Positions 1 to 10,100 of a stretch of DNA of 34,185 nt are shown here, in pieces (the first letter of the stretch is position 1; each line of letters starts with the position of its first letter). The notes beneath the pieces were generated by a model, which saw nothing but the letters and a program-made list of their open reading frames with translations, did not search any database and was not told the origin of the DNA. The DNA lies in the IMG/VR virus record IMGVR_UViG_3300028594_000083, positions 1 through 34,185 of that record; one strand, written 5' to 3'. Origin of the DNA: a virus (taxonomy: Duplodnaviria > Caudoviricetes). Both the position numbers and the translations under genes were made by a program.

Positions 1-121
1 TTGCCCACCACATGAAGTCGACTGCTAAGTCCATACATTGCGCTTGATAAGCACCATCAAAGTCAATGTAGCGACCTACATACCATTTTAAACGTTCTTG
101 CATTTGACTGTATGTTTTCAT
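1..121 (-). CDS. Endolysin, N-terminal CHAP domain (partial, runs off the window)
   Basis: Manual translation from ATG at 121 (AAGGAGG RBS): MKTYSQMQERLKWYVGRYIDFDGAYQAQCMDLAVDFMWWA. The D-x-DG...QC-x-DL motif is typical of staphylococcal phage CHAP lysins. Follows the holin. Confidence 0.92.
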   Translation of the reverse strand, partial: MKTYSQMQERLKWYVGRYIDFDGAYQAQCMDLAVDFMWWA

Positions 122-148
122 TAATTAGTCCTCCTTATTTTTTCGCAT

Positions 149-177
149 AAAAAAAGAGCCTACCGTTTAGTAGACCC
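149..177 (-). terminator. Terminator-like hairpin between holin and endolysin
   Basis: Minus strand GGGTCTACT-AAAC-GGTAGGCTC followed by a T tract; stem relies on G-U pairs. Confidence 0.55.
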
Positions 178-178
178 T

Positions 179-439
179 TCATTTACGATTCCTTTTACGT
201 TCTAATTCAACTTGCGCGGCTTCGGCTTCTGGCGTGATATTGTTATGTTTCCACCACGAATAAATCGCTGAAATTACTAACGCTACAGACGACAAGCCTT
301 CATAAATCTGTTCCTCGCTAAATGGCAGTGGGTTGTAACCAAAACTAATCAATGATTGGTTAACTAGTAACACGACAAGTACGATTAGACGAATAATACC
401 TTGAGTCTTATTGTTTTTCGGATTTGCGATTGTTTTCAC
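179..439 (-). CDS. Holin, SPP1 family
   Basis: 86 aa, two hydrophobic segments, YNPLPF and WWKHNNIT motifs, basic C-terminus, upstream of the lysin. Confidence 0.9.
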   Translation of the reverse strand: MKTIANPKNNKTQGIIRLIVLVVLLVNQSLISFGYNPLPFSEEQIYEGLSSVALVISAIYSWWKHNNITPEAEAAQVELERKRNRK

Positions 440-445
440 CTCCCT

Positions 446-817
446 TTAGAAAAAGAATTGTGCTAGACCTAAAGCCGTCGTCAACAGACCGAAGATACCA
501 CCAATCACTGCTACCCAGATTGTGGTATTGTGCTTACTTCGTGCAGTGGTCGTTTCTTCAATGGCTGTAATTCGCCGACCGTGGTCATTCACATTATCTT
601 TAAAGTCAGTCATGTTTTTGTTCAATGAAACCAGTTCACTCTTCACATCTCTAAAACCTTCTTGAATCGGTTTTTGAGATTCAATAAACACTGCTAACAA
701 CTTCTCTTGCGCACTAATTTTCTCGTTTGTGTCATGCTTGTCTTGGTCAATTCTTTTGTAAATTTTACTTTTATCTGCTTCGTATTCGTGCTTTAATACA
801 TATTTTTCTTCTGCCAT
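446..817 (-). CDS. Coiled-coil protein with C-terminal transmembrane helix (XhlA-like architecture), lysis region
   Basis: Likely start MAEEKYVLKHE at 817 rather than 892; hydrophobic tail IWVAVIGGIFGLLTTALGLAQFFF. Confidence 0.7.
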   Translation of the reverse strand: MAEEKYVLKHEYEADKSKIYKRIDQDKHDTNEKISAQEKLLAVFIESQKPIQEGFRDVKSELVSLNKNMTDFKDNVNDHGRRITAIEETTTARSKHNTTIWVAVIGGIFGLLTTALGLAQFFF

Positions 818-1239
818 AGCATCGTACCCCCGAAAAACGCCAGCATTAAAGTAGTCATACTGAGTATGATGAGTTGAGTTGGTGTCAACCAATTGATAGA
901 ATTACCAAATCCTGCGATTGCGACAATAAAATAAGAGGCGCTTGATATTCCGCCACCTAAAAGTAATGTGAAAGCAAATCGCTTTTTAGTATGTCGTCTT
1001 GGTAAAAACCAACTAGATAGCACCAAAAACAATCCTCCTACAAAGAAAAAGATGCCCCAAAAAGATAAGGACATCACAGAATCTAAACTCGCATATAACT
1101 GACTGTCATTTGTGTTGTTCGGGTGGAGTATCCAAAAGATGCCACGTGAAACTGTAAACATACCTAAACCAAGCAATAAAACACTTGCGATAGACTCTGA
1201 TAAACTTAAATGGTTGTCTCTGCATTCTTCATCGTGCAT
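793..1239 (-). CDS. Multi-pass membrane protein (about 4 TM segments)
   Basis: 148 aa with four hydrophobic stretches; GGGGTGG RBS-like sequence upstream. Confidence 0.75.
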   Translation of the reverse strand: MHDEECRDNHLSLSESIASVLLLGLGMFTVSRGIFWILHPNNTNDSQLYASLDSVMSLSFWGIFFFVGGLFLVLSSWFLPRRHTKKRFAFTLLLGGGISSASYFIVAIAGFGNSINWLTPTQLIILSMTTLMLAFFGGTMLWQKKNMY

Positions 1240-1262
1240 TTAACCACCCCTTTCGTTGTAAT

Positions 1263-1295
1263 AAAAAAGCCTAGCGGATATTACTCCGTAGGCTT
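1263..1295 (-). terminator. Intrinsic terminator between tail and lysis modules
   Basis: AAGCCTACGGA-GTAATA-TCCGCTAGGCTT followed by further T residues. Confidence 0.75.
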
Positions 1296-1525
1296 GTCTA
1301 ACTCGTCTAATTCCTTCTTAAGTTCGTGATATTAATCTGGTTTGCGTTAATCTCAATGCTATGAAGATTATCTATAAACCTAGAATTTATGGTTAATTTA
1401 TCAATCATGTCGTTAGTAACCCGAATATGTTTTGCCTCAATAACATTTGATTTTAAAATCTTTTGACGCAACTTCTCGATCAACTTCATTCAAACCACTC
1501 CCTATATTTAATTACTCCGTAGGCT
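1280..1525. repeat. 15-bp direct repeat ATTACTCCGTAGGCT at 1280-1294 and 1511-1525
   Basis: Exact match; the two copies flank the 60-aa ORF. Confidence 0.9.
1307..1489 (-). CDS. 60-aa protein resembling the C-terminal repeats of the tail-tip protein
   Basis: AGGGAG RBS 8 nt upstream; MIDKL and IEINANQINI segments match tail protein MIDKL and IEITANQLNL. Confidence 0.7.
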   Translation of the reverse strand: MKLIEKLRQKILKSNVIEAKHIRVTNDMIDKLTINSRFIDNLHSIEINANQINITNLRRN

Positions 1526-1841
1526 GTTCTTCTTCGACTGGTTCTTCGTCAGCAGACTCTTTAAACCAAGCCAGTGCTTCTTCAGACAATCCATTCGTAA
1601 TTGGATTTGTAGTTTCATTACGTAAAATCTCGTAATATTCAAAGTTCCCTTTAACCGCTTGATTGATTAAGTTTAGTCCTTGCAGCAATGTACGTGCATC
1701 TGTACGTTCCTCAAAACCTTTCGCATCGTCTATTGACGTTTGTACTGACGGCATGCCGTTAAAATTATTCACGTTAATATAGCCTCGTTCGCCATTTGTT
1801 TTGTTGATTCTTGCTACGTACGATCTAGTAATTCTTTCCAT
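1512..1841 (-). CDS. Hypothetical tail-region protein
   Basis: 109-aa ORF coupled to the upstream gene by TAATG. Confidence 0.75.
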   Translation of the reverse strand: MERITRSYVARINKTNGERGYINVNNFNGMPSVQTSIDDAKGFEERTDARTLLQGLNLINQAVKGNFEYYEILRNETTNPITNGLSEEALAWFKESADEEPVEEEQPTE

Positions 1842-2275
1842 TATTCATCATCCTTTTCAGTAATTTGTTTTGATTCAATCGCTAATTCTAGTACATCGAC
1901 AATGTGATCGTGAGTTACTGCATTTGACGGACTATTGTTATTACCTGGTGTCGTGTCAATCTCGTATGGATAGTCGAGCATGTACTCGTAAAGTGTGTGC
2001 ATAAGTCCTTCATACTCGCTCATATCAATCACGACTTCTTCTTTCAGTAACTCGCCAAATTCTTCTAACTGCTTCTGCTCGTCTTCGGTGTCCGCTTTAA
2101 TAGCTTGTAAATCACCGTGGAAGTCTTGGTACTTCTCTGCAATTTTCTTCATTAACTTCTGACGAGCACGATTCACTCGTCCTTTTGCTTGTACTTTCGG
2201 AAGGTATTCCATAACCGATGTTAAAGCACTGTTTGTCGTTGCTAATTTCATAACGTCACTCCTAAATTTAGTCAT
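1841..2275 (-). CDS. Hypothetical helical protein after the tail-tip gene (possible fibre chaperone)
   Basis: 144-aa ORF; function inferred from position only. Confidence 0.7.
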   Translation of the reverse strand: MTKFRSDVMKLATTNSALTSVMEYLPKVQAKGRVNRARQKLMKKIAEKYQDFHGDLQAIKADTEDEQKQLEEFGELLKEEVVIDMSEYEGLMHTLYEYMLDYPYEIDTTPGNNNSPSNAVTHDHIVDVLELAIESKQITEKDDE

Positions 2276-2287
2276 AAAAAATAAGCC

Positions 2288-5200
2288 TTAACCGTATTGC
2301 CCAATGTGAAGTATTCTGGCGAACACATCATTAGTGACTCCTGTACCTGACGGGCTACGTCTGACTTGTAGGTAGGCTTGCATCATATTGTAGTTTGGCG
2401 GTGGTAGTGGAATGTCTTGCGTAATATTGACTGTGTTTCCACGACTCACAAACACTCGACGACTACTACTGCCTGAACCATTATTGATTTGATTGTTATT
2501 ACCAAATCCGTTTACCTGTACTTCAACGTATTCACTCGCACTCCCGCTTGAGCCGAGTAGTCCGACTGCCCAAACGACACGTAATATTCGTCCTTCATGT
2601 GGTGTATAGAAGTATTTGAACGTTTGCCAATGCGAGTTGTCTGTGATGAAGTTTAAGCCGTTAAAACGGATGTTTGAGCCTGCATATGAATCGTATGTCT
2701 GTACTGGCACGTTTCCACGTGGTACACCATTCTCAATCCAACGTACGCCATCTTTTGCACGTGTGATGTGTAGACCGCCTTCGATTTGGTTAAATCGATT
2801 TCTAAGCGTGTCTAAGTTGAGTTGATTGGCTGTTATCTCAATCGCTTGTACATCACGAACGAACACAGTTTGTGCCGTTAGTTTACGTATCATAGCGTTA
2901 GATGTGTACATACTCTCAAACCATGCGTTTTTACCGCTTATCCAATCCACATCAATGTAATTTGCGCTAAAGTATTTCGTCACCAAGCTACTAAAGTTAC
3001 CTTCGACTGCTTCGATACTCATCGCCTTAATATTACGTATGAAGTAATCTTTACCGATAAGTTGATCAATACGCCCACTGGTCGCAAAGAGTTTGTCTAT
3101 CATCGTTGTCCCAACCGCTAAATGCGTACCCGTAATCACATCTGCTTCAAGTATTGCTGAACGAACACGTCCTGCGTTGATGTCGATTGCGTTAATTGTT
3201 TTAGCGTATAGCATGTCAGTAAACATACTGCTTGCGGATAACTTATTGATTAACGCTTGGTCAATCCATAAGTGTTGAGCACCGATGGCATTAGCACCGA
3301 TGTGCCTTGCTCTTAGTTCAATCGTCTCTAGTTCCGTTGCAAACAGATTAGAGAATCGACCTTCTAAAGCATTGACTGCAAGTGTGGTAACTTGTCCGTT
3401 AATGTTTACGTTACCTGTAATATTTAAGTTATCCGCAATCGCATCGATAGATTTAGGTGACACTCTGAATATACTTGCGAATTGTTCATCACCAAGCTGT
3501 TTAGAACCGAGCTGTACATAATTTGCTCTAATTTGTATATCTGATTCTGTAAGGAACTCGCCGTCTAATTGCTGGACTTGAAGTGATATGCTATCTGCCA
3601 GTTGCTCAATTCTTGAGATTGCGTTGAGCATTGGTGTAGCTCTATCCCCGACTTCTAATTTAATTTTAACTCGACCATCTGGGTGGTCTATGAAGCTAGT
3701 TGGTATAGTAAATCCTTCCCGTGCGATTAACGTAATTCTCACGTGACTAGCAGTACCCCAAGTTGTAAATGTTACTTCGCCATTACGTGGAATCGTATAT
3801 CTGTTAATCCAACCGCCTGTGTGTAAATACTGATGAATATCTACACGTTCAATATTGGAGTTATACATTGAGTTACTGGATAGTGTATAAGTTGTGCTTG
3901 GACGGATTGGCAAGCGTTCTTTCGTTCGTAAGTTTTGAAGTAAGGATGCTTCTGCACCGTTCGCAATCCACAAACCTCCGTCTTCCCAAGCGTTGGAAGA
4001 TTGCGGAATAATGTTCGCCCCAATGTTTGATATATCATTCAACCATACCTTTTGATTAAAACCATATATCGTTTCTTCTATACTCGCACCGTTCGTCGCT
4101 TGCCAATTATCGACTCTTTGTAATACTTGTTTGTTGCCTTCAACCGTTTCTTCAACTGACTTAATATACTGGTCTAAATTACCTGTATCAAAATCGTATT
4201 CACTTCGTGTAATCAGCTCGGATTGACCATCTTCAAGTAACGTCACACGTCTAACAATTTCAGATACGTTTTGAGTATCATCATCAGGATGTGGTAACCA
4301 CTCACGGTTATTTGTGGTGGTTAGATACGGTTTCTTGAAGTCGATAACACCTTTTTGTGTATTCCCTGCCCCGAAGTTTGTACCGAGTAATAATCTAACT
4401 GGCATCGTGCGGTCTGGCACAACGGTTACGACTTTCTTCGTCCAATGCCCCGTCATAACAGTTTCTTTTTCTTCGGCAGTCATTGTTAAGTCAATCTTCT
4501 GCCCTGTTCCGTACTCACTTGGCGGTCTAATTTCAACGAAGTCAATTTCAGGTACTTCTGTAGTTCTGTACATAAAGACAAGATAATAAGTTTTGCCTTT
4601 AACTACGTTAAAATATTCCATGTTCATTACGTAAGGTAGATTAGTTGTTCCCGTACCCATTCTCACGAAATTATCGACTTCATTCGTGATGACTTGAACT
4701 TGTGAATGTACAGCGAACAAATCTGGATTATCAAACGAAGTACCACGAATGATATTGTAATGTGTACTGTCTATATTACGAATACGCTCTTCAAAGTTCT
4801 GCGTAATGTTTTGGAATCGTTCGTCTAGTGTTAAACTGCGACTATCGCCTAAAAACTCGTCAATATCCATTACATCACTTTGCAAGTCTGCTAGCATACC
4901 TGCATGACTACCTGTAACATCGTCTAGCTTACTCTCAACCGCATCTGCATGCGCTTTAGACTGTTCTTCTGCATAACGTTTAGCTTGTTCCACTGCATCA
5001 GTATAGCCTTGTTCAAGCTCGTTACGAGTCGTGTCCACAGCAGTAGTAATCTCTTGCTCAATGCGAGCATAGTTCTCTTCGGCATCTTTGTACGCCTGTT
5101 CTACGTCTTGGTTGAAATCGTTCGTCCACGTGTCTAACTGCTGGTTAAACTCGGCTTCCATACGAGCTCTGTCGGCTTCTACTTCCGCTAAGATGTCGAT

Positions 5201-6400
5201 TTTCGCTTGGTTAAATTCTTCTCTGAATTGATTTACACGATCATTGAAGTCTTTATCAAACTGTCTTTTGAGTTGTTCAATCATACTTGTATTTCTACGC
5301 TTATACGCTTCGTCGTCTTTTCGACTTCGACGTTCAGCTTTTGTTTCTTTGAAAAATTCATAATCGCCTAGTTCGACTTCTGCATCATCAGGATTGAGTA
5401 AATCGACTTTCACTTTATGAATTCGAGCTTTAAAGTATAGGTTGTGCTCACGTCTGATAATCATGACGCTGTCACCTATACCCACATCTCCTATATCAGC
5501 GACTTTAGCTTCAAACGCCATACGTGGACGACTTACTTCTTGATAGAGATTGTAGCCTGCTTCAGCGAGTTCTGAAGGACTTTCTATATCTTCAAACACT
5601 TCTCGTCCTTCACGTGGTGTCTGTCCGTCATTACCGTATGTTGCGGTTAGTGATTCATCTTCAAGGTATAAACTACCTTTCGGACTTTTTACACCATTAC
5701 GACTAAAATCAACATCTGAAATATTAATTCTTCGACCATAACCGTCACCAACTTCTTCACCTTTACCATGTACTACGAGTTTAGTGACAATCTCACTATA
5801 GTCCACTTCATGAGTCAGTTCTAAAGTGCGGTAACCGAATGGAATTCTTATTGCAGTGTCATTCCCGATTTGTTCTGCAAATTCAATATCAAAACCGTTA
5901 ATCTTCTGTCCGTCAAATAATACTTTTGGTAAGAAGTCTAATCTAAATTCTTTGTTCACAAACTCAATGACATCAAACATTGGTTGCCAGTAGAAGTTGG
6001 TAGACAAAGTGCCTGTCGTGTCCACGAGTTGTGGTCGCCAACGAGAATTCATTGCTATCGTACTATTAAGAATGTCTTGAGCGTTCCTATTTTGTGGTCG
6101 AACATCTTCTATTAACTTGCCATATAGCATGTCATCAAAGAATATATGACGTCCGCTGATTAGACATACATCATCTTGATGTAAATCTTCTGTAGATTGT
6201 ATTTTGTGTAAATAAAAAGTACCTCGGTAGTAATAACCGAAGTACTCTACTTTATCTATAAACTTTTTAACATAATCTAAAGGAAGCAACATATCTGCAA
6301 TGATGTAACCATTCAACTCATGTTCGTGATTTGTTTCATAAATATTTTTACTTGTGACTATCTTTTGGAGTTGCAAGTCGTTATCTAAAAAGTAAATCAT
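2288..6400 (-). CDS. Tail-tip/Tal protein: structural N-terminal domain, coiled coil, two probable carbohydrate-binding domains, beta-rich fibre repeats
   Basis: 1370 aa after Dit; IVTKLVVHGKG and VGIGDSV motifs of prophage tail endopeptidase-like proteins; repeated I-x-A-x-x-I/L motifs near the C-terminus. Confidence 0.88.
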   Translation of the reverse strand: MIYFLDNDLQLQKIVTSKNIYETNHEHELNGYIIADMLLPLDYVKKFIDKVEYFGYYYRGTFYLHKIQSTEDLHQDDVCLISGRHIFFDDMLYGKLIEDVRPQNRNAQDILNSTIAMNSRWRPQLVDTTGTLSTNFYWQPMFDVIEFVNKEFRLDFLPKVLFDGQKINGFDIEFAEQIGNDTAIRIPFGYRTLELTHEVDYSEIVTKLVVHGKGEEVGDGYGRRINISDVDFSRNGVKSPKGSLYLEDESLTATYGNDGQTPREGREVFEDIESPSELAEAGYNLYQEVSRPRMAFEAKVADIGDVGIGDSVMIIRREHNLYFKARIHKVKVDLLNPDDAEVELGDYEFFKETKAERRSRKDDEAYKRRNTSMIEQLKRQFDKDFNDRVNQFREEFNQAKIDILAEVEADRARMEAEFNQQLDTWTNDFNQDVEQAYKDAEENYARIEQEITTAVDTTRNELEQGYTDAVEQAKRYAEEQSKAHADAVESKLDDVTGSHAGMLADLQSDVMDIDEFLGDSRSLTLDERFQNITQNFEERIRNIDSTHYNIIRGTSFDNPDLFAVHSQVQVITNEVDNFVRMGTGTTNLPYVMNMEYFNVVKGKTYYLVFMYRTTEVPEIDFVEIRPPSEYGTGQKIDLTMTAEEKETVMTGHWTKKVVTVVPDRTMPVRLLLGTNFGAGNTQKGVIDFKKPYLTTTNNREWLPHPDDDTQNVSEIVRRVTLLEDGQSELITRSEYDFDTGNLDQYIKSVEETVEGNKQVLQRVDNWQATNGASIEETIYGFNQKVWLNDISNIGANIIPQSSNAWEDGGLWIANGAEASLLQNLRTKERLPIRPSTTYTLSSNSMYNSNIERVDIHQYLHTGGWINRYTIPRNGEVTFTTWGTASHVRITLIAREGFTIPTSFIDHPDGRVKIKLEVGDRATPMLNAISRIEQLADSISLQVQQLDGEFLTESDIQIRANYVQLGSKQLGDEQFASIFRVSPKSIDAIADNLNITGNVNINGQVTTLAVNALEGRFSNLFATELETIELRARHIGANAIGAQHLWIDQALINKLSASSMFTDMLYAKTINAIDINAGRVRSAILEADVITGTHLAVGTTMIDKLFATSGRIDQLIGKDYFIRNIKAMSIEAVEGNFSSLVTKYFSANYIDVDWISGKNAWFESMYTSNAMIRKLTAQTVFVRDVQAIEITANQLNLDTLRNRFNQIEGGLHITRAKDGVRWIENGVPRGNVPVQTYDSYAGSNIRFNGLNFITDNSHWQTFKYFYTPHEGRILRVVWAVGLLGSSGSASEYVEVQVNGFGNNNQINNGSGSSSRRVFVSRGNTVNITQDIPLPPPNYNMMQAYLQVRRSPSGTGVTNDVFARILHIGQYG

Positions 6401-7128
6401 AGCAACAACTCCTTATAAATCAGTTTAGCTTGTGCGGTGTCACTCGCATTAGTTACTACAACTACATCATTATTCTTGATTTTAAAATCTTCAAACGCAC
6501 TATCAAAACGTAATAATTTCATCATATTAAGTCCGCTATTCGTTTCATAGATTTTTTCATTTTCAATGTCTATTGTTAATAAACTCGGTAAATCTCCAGA
6601 TAACCTGATACGTCTAAAACTATCGCCTGATATACTGATCTGCACATCACTACCTGTTAAGTTACTGAGTTCGATTAAAGGTGTAGTTGGTAACTGTGTT
6701 TTAGATTTAATGATGACCGTCTTATTAGCAATTTGTGTACGTTCTTCGTCGTAGAATTTATATGGGTAAGTTGAAGTGAAATCTATTTCAAAACTTGTTA
6801 AGCCATTAATTGTATTTGGTATTTCATAAGGACCGTTAAACTCCCCTATCACATACCAATCCACATCTTCTATACTTAACACTCGTGGGGATTCACTATA
6901 CAATAATTGGCTTAACCGTCCATTCAACTCTTGTCTTGTCACATTTCTTCTAAACGCCATGATAGGAATTGAAATAGTTAGAGGTTCTAATATCGAACGT
7001 GTTCTTTTCCTATAGCTTGCATGACTTGTATTTCTATATTGCACAATTTTACTCATTGAAGGGAAAGTGAATCCATCTTCAATAAAAATTAAACTGTCAG
7101 TTTTACCAGCAAAAGAAAACTTTTTCAT
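6397..7128 (-). CDS. Distal tail protein (Dit)
   Basis: 243 aa directly after TMP; YPYKFY and LTIDIENEKIY motifs. Confidence 0.82.
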   Translation of the reverse strand: MKKFSFAGKTDSLIFIEDGFTFPSMSKIVQYRNTSHASYRKRTRSILEPLTISIPIMAFRRNVTRQELNGRLSQLLYSESPRVLSIEDVDWYVIGEFNGPYEIPNTINGLTSFEIDFTSTYPYKFYDEERTQIANKTVIIKSKTQLPTTPLIELSNLTGSDVQISISGDSFRRIRLSGDLPSLLTIDIENEKIYETNSGLNMMKLLRFDSAFEDFKIKNNDVVVVTNASDTAQAKLIYKELLL

Positions 7129-7138
7129 ACCTTCCCTC

Positions 7139-10100
7139 CTAAGTCATAATTGTTCTTCTATTGTTATGTTTATTAATTGATTTTTGAGCTTTAGCTGGGT
7201 CAAACCCACTCTTATCTTCAATGCCAAACAGAATGCCAATTGCTTCATTCATTTGGTTAATTTGAGTTTGTTGGTTACTTATCATCTCAGCAAACTGTTG
7301 GCCATCATTTCTGCCTATTGCTTTGCCAACATTATCATACAATGTATTAGCTCGACTTCTTCGTCTTGCATTTAATGGAATAATTGCCTCTGGACCTTCT
7401 TCATTAAGTTCTGCAACATGTCGATTTCTAAAAATACCACCGTTCGCATGCCCAACGACTTTTCTAGGATCTACAGTGTTTTGGTTCATGATGTCAGAGC
7501 CTTGTTGTGCTTGCCAGTGGATGTGTGGACCAGTGGTCCATTTACCTGAGTTTCCTGTTTTGGCAATCAAGTCACCAGCTTTAACTGAACCAGTTTTAAC
7601 GATGTCAGCTAAGTGCATGAAGAATTGAGTGAGTTTACCTGTTTTAAGCTTCGCGACCAGTCCACCACCCATGTTGTGTAACTTGGATACAGTACCGCTT
7701 GTTGTAGCATGTACAGGCGTGCCAATAGGTGTACCATAGTCAATACCGTAGTGTCGTCCACCGTTAAAGGATGTAGGGTATCCTGGTACTGCTGAGTTCG
7801 GACTATATGGTGTAGTCATAGGGAAACTCATGAAGTGCGCACCTTTACCACTACCTAGTCCGCCTTCATTTTCTTTGAATACTTTTGTGATGAAGTCCTT
7901 CACGCCGTTGGTTAGATAGTTAAATCCACCTTTTAGGAAGTCTCCAGCAAATCCAGCCATGCCACTAAAATCGGGCGTAACTGCGTTTATAATTGCATCA
8001 AAAGCTTTACCCGGATTGGTAATATAGTCCCACACATTTTCTGCAACATCTTTTAATGTGCCAAGTAGACCTTTACTCTCTCCAGTGTTTCCACCTTCTA
8101 AGCCAGTTCCACGACTAAATCTAGGAATGATACCAGAACTCATTAGAGATTGTGTTTGTGCACCATTATAGATACGGTCGCCTTTTTCCAATCGTACAAC
8201 CGCATTCTTTCCACGTGGTGCGAATAGTTGCCCACCTCGTTGAATAAGTTCTTGAGTTGCACCGCCTTGTCCATTGCCTAGACCAATATCATTGACTATA
8301 CCTAGCATATCTTCTGCAATCGCACCATTACGCGTACCCGTGGAGAAACGTCTAAGTGCGCCAGCAGCACCAGTTGTCGCTGCGCCACCTCCAGTGTTGA
8401 TACTAATAGTACCTATTTCGTCTACACCAATTGCGCTAAGCACTTTGTTCAGTCCTCCGATAACACCATTGACGACAGACTCTAATTTATCGCCCATGCT
8501 TTTACCGAGTGAGGTAATACCTTCTACAGCTTTGTGAGCCATATTCTTAATCGCCTCACCGATTCGACCAGGTAACTCTTTAGCACCCTCAACCATGTTA
8601 TTGAAAGTTTCTACTGCTTTCTCTTTGGTTTCTTGGAACCATTCAGAAGCACCGTCAAACAACGCTTTAACCCCAGCAACTGCATTGTCTTTCATGTTAG
8701 TAAACTTAGTAACAACGCTATTCTTCAATTCTTCAACCTTAGAAGTGACATTACTCCATAAATTACTGAACCACCCGGTCACACTACCATACATACCGAC
8801 AATACGACTGACGACATTATCTTTTAATTCAGTAAAGCGCTGTACAACCGTATCTTTAAGATTCATCGCTTTATTTGTTATATTTGTCCATAAATTCTGG
8901 AACCAAGTCACTACAGAATTATACATGCCTGTGATTCTGTTTATTGCACCGTCTTTAAGTTCAGTGAATTTAGTGACAACGTTATCTTTAATACTAGTTA
9001 CTTTTTCTACGATTGTTGTCCACAAGTTAGAGAACCAAGTACCTGCACCACTGAATAATTCACTAAATAGAGTCAATGCATTATCTTTCATTGCACCAAA
9101 ATATTCGGTCACTCGATTCCAAATTGAAAGTGCTGTTTCTTTCAGAATTTCACCGAATCGGTCCCAATCACCGGTGATCAGCGCTGCGATTCCTGAAATA
9201 ATTCCTTGTATCAAGTCCATAGCAATCCCGATAACTAACTTAATTTGCTCCCAGGTTGATGATGCGACTGCTTGTAGGGTTGGCCATAAAACATTCCAGA
9301 TTCCCATCACGATAGGTGCAAAAGTGTTGAATAATTCGACCACAAATTTTAAGGCAAAATCGATTGCAATTTTGATTCCGTCAAATACTTTTTGAACAAC
9401 AATACCCATCGCATCAAAAATCATTGCACCGTCTGAGTCCCACCAGGCTCTCACACCCTCGAATTGTTCGACAAAGAAGTCTTTTACACCTGTCAGAGCT
9501 TCAGCTATCTTGTACCGCATTTCGAAGAAAGCAGCTTTGATTTTACCAATGTAAGTCATTATATTTACAATGGTCTCGTCACTTAATCCAATCGATCTAA
9601 GCAACTCCATACCGCTCACAGCGTTACCCGTGAATATCTCAAATATCCCTTTAAATGCAGATTTCACTTTGTCGATTTGTTCTTTAACATTGTGATAGAA
9701 CTCTATAAAATGGCCTGTAAATTCCCACAGTTTATCAGCCATCTCTTGTGAAATACCAATAGATGTGAGTATGTCTATACCAGCCATACCATCATCTTGG
9801 AATAAACCGATAATTCCGTCTTTAAACTGTCCAATCCATTCAATAGCTGATAAAAACTTGTCTTTAATACCATCTACAAAGTTTCTGAAAGTCTCTGACT
9901 TGTTATAGGCAATGACAAATGCTGTACCAAGTGCTGCAATACCTGCAATTGTTAAGGTAATTGGTGAAGTTAATGCAGCAAATACTGGCGCTAACCATTT
10001 AAGCAATCCGCCCGCTTTCGCAATAGATGCCATAACAGGTGCTAGTGCTGTGGCTATACCAGCTATAAAGCTAATAAACTTACCAACCGCAAATATCACA

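Noticed and set aside
818-892. Longer N-terminus for ORF 446..892
   Set aside because: It overlaps the upstream membrane gene extensively; the ATG at 817 is more plausible.
1307-3300. Possible DGR template/variable repeat pair or invertible tail-fibre system
   Set aside because: No reverse transcriptase or invertase in the window, and the similarity is at protein level without adenine-specific differences.
8600-9130. Periodic repeats in the TMP
   Set aside because: Ordinary W/F-periodic tape-measure repeats.
8595-9395. 266-aa plus-strand ORF
   Set aside because: Antisense shadow of the repetitive TMP; no recognisable motifs.
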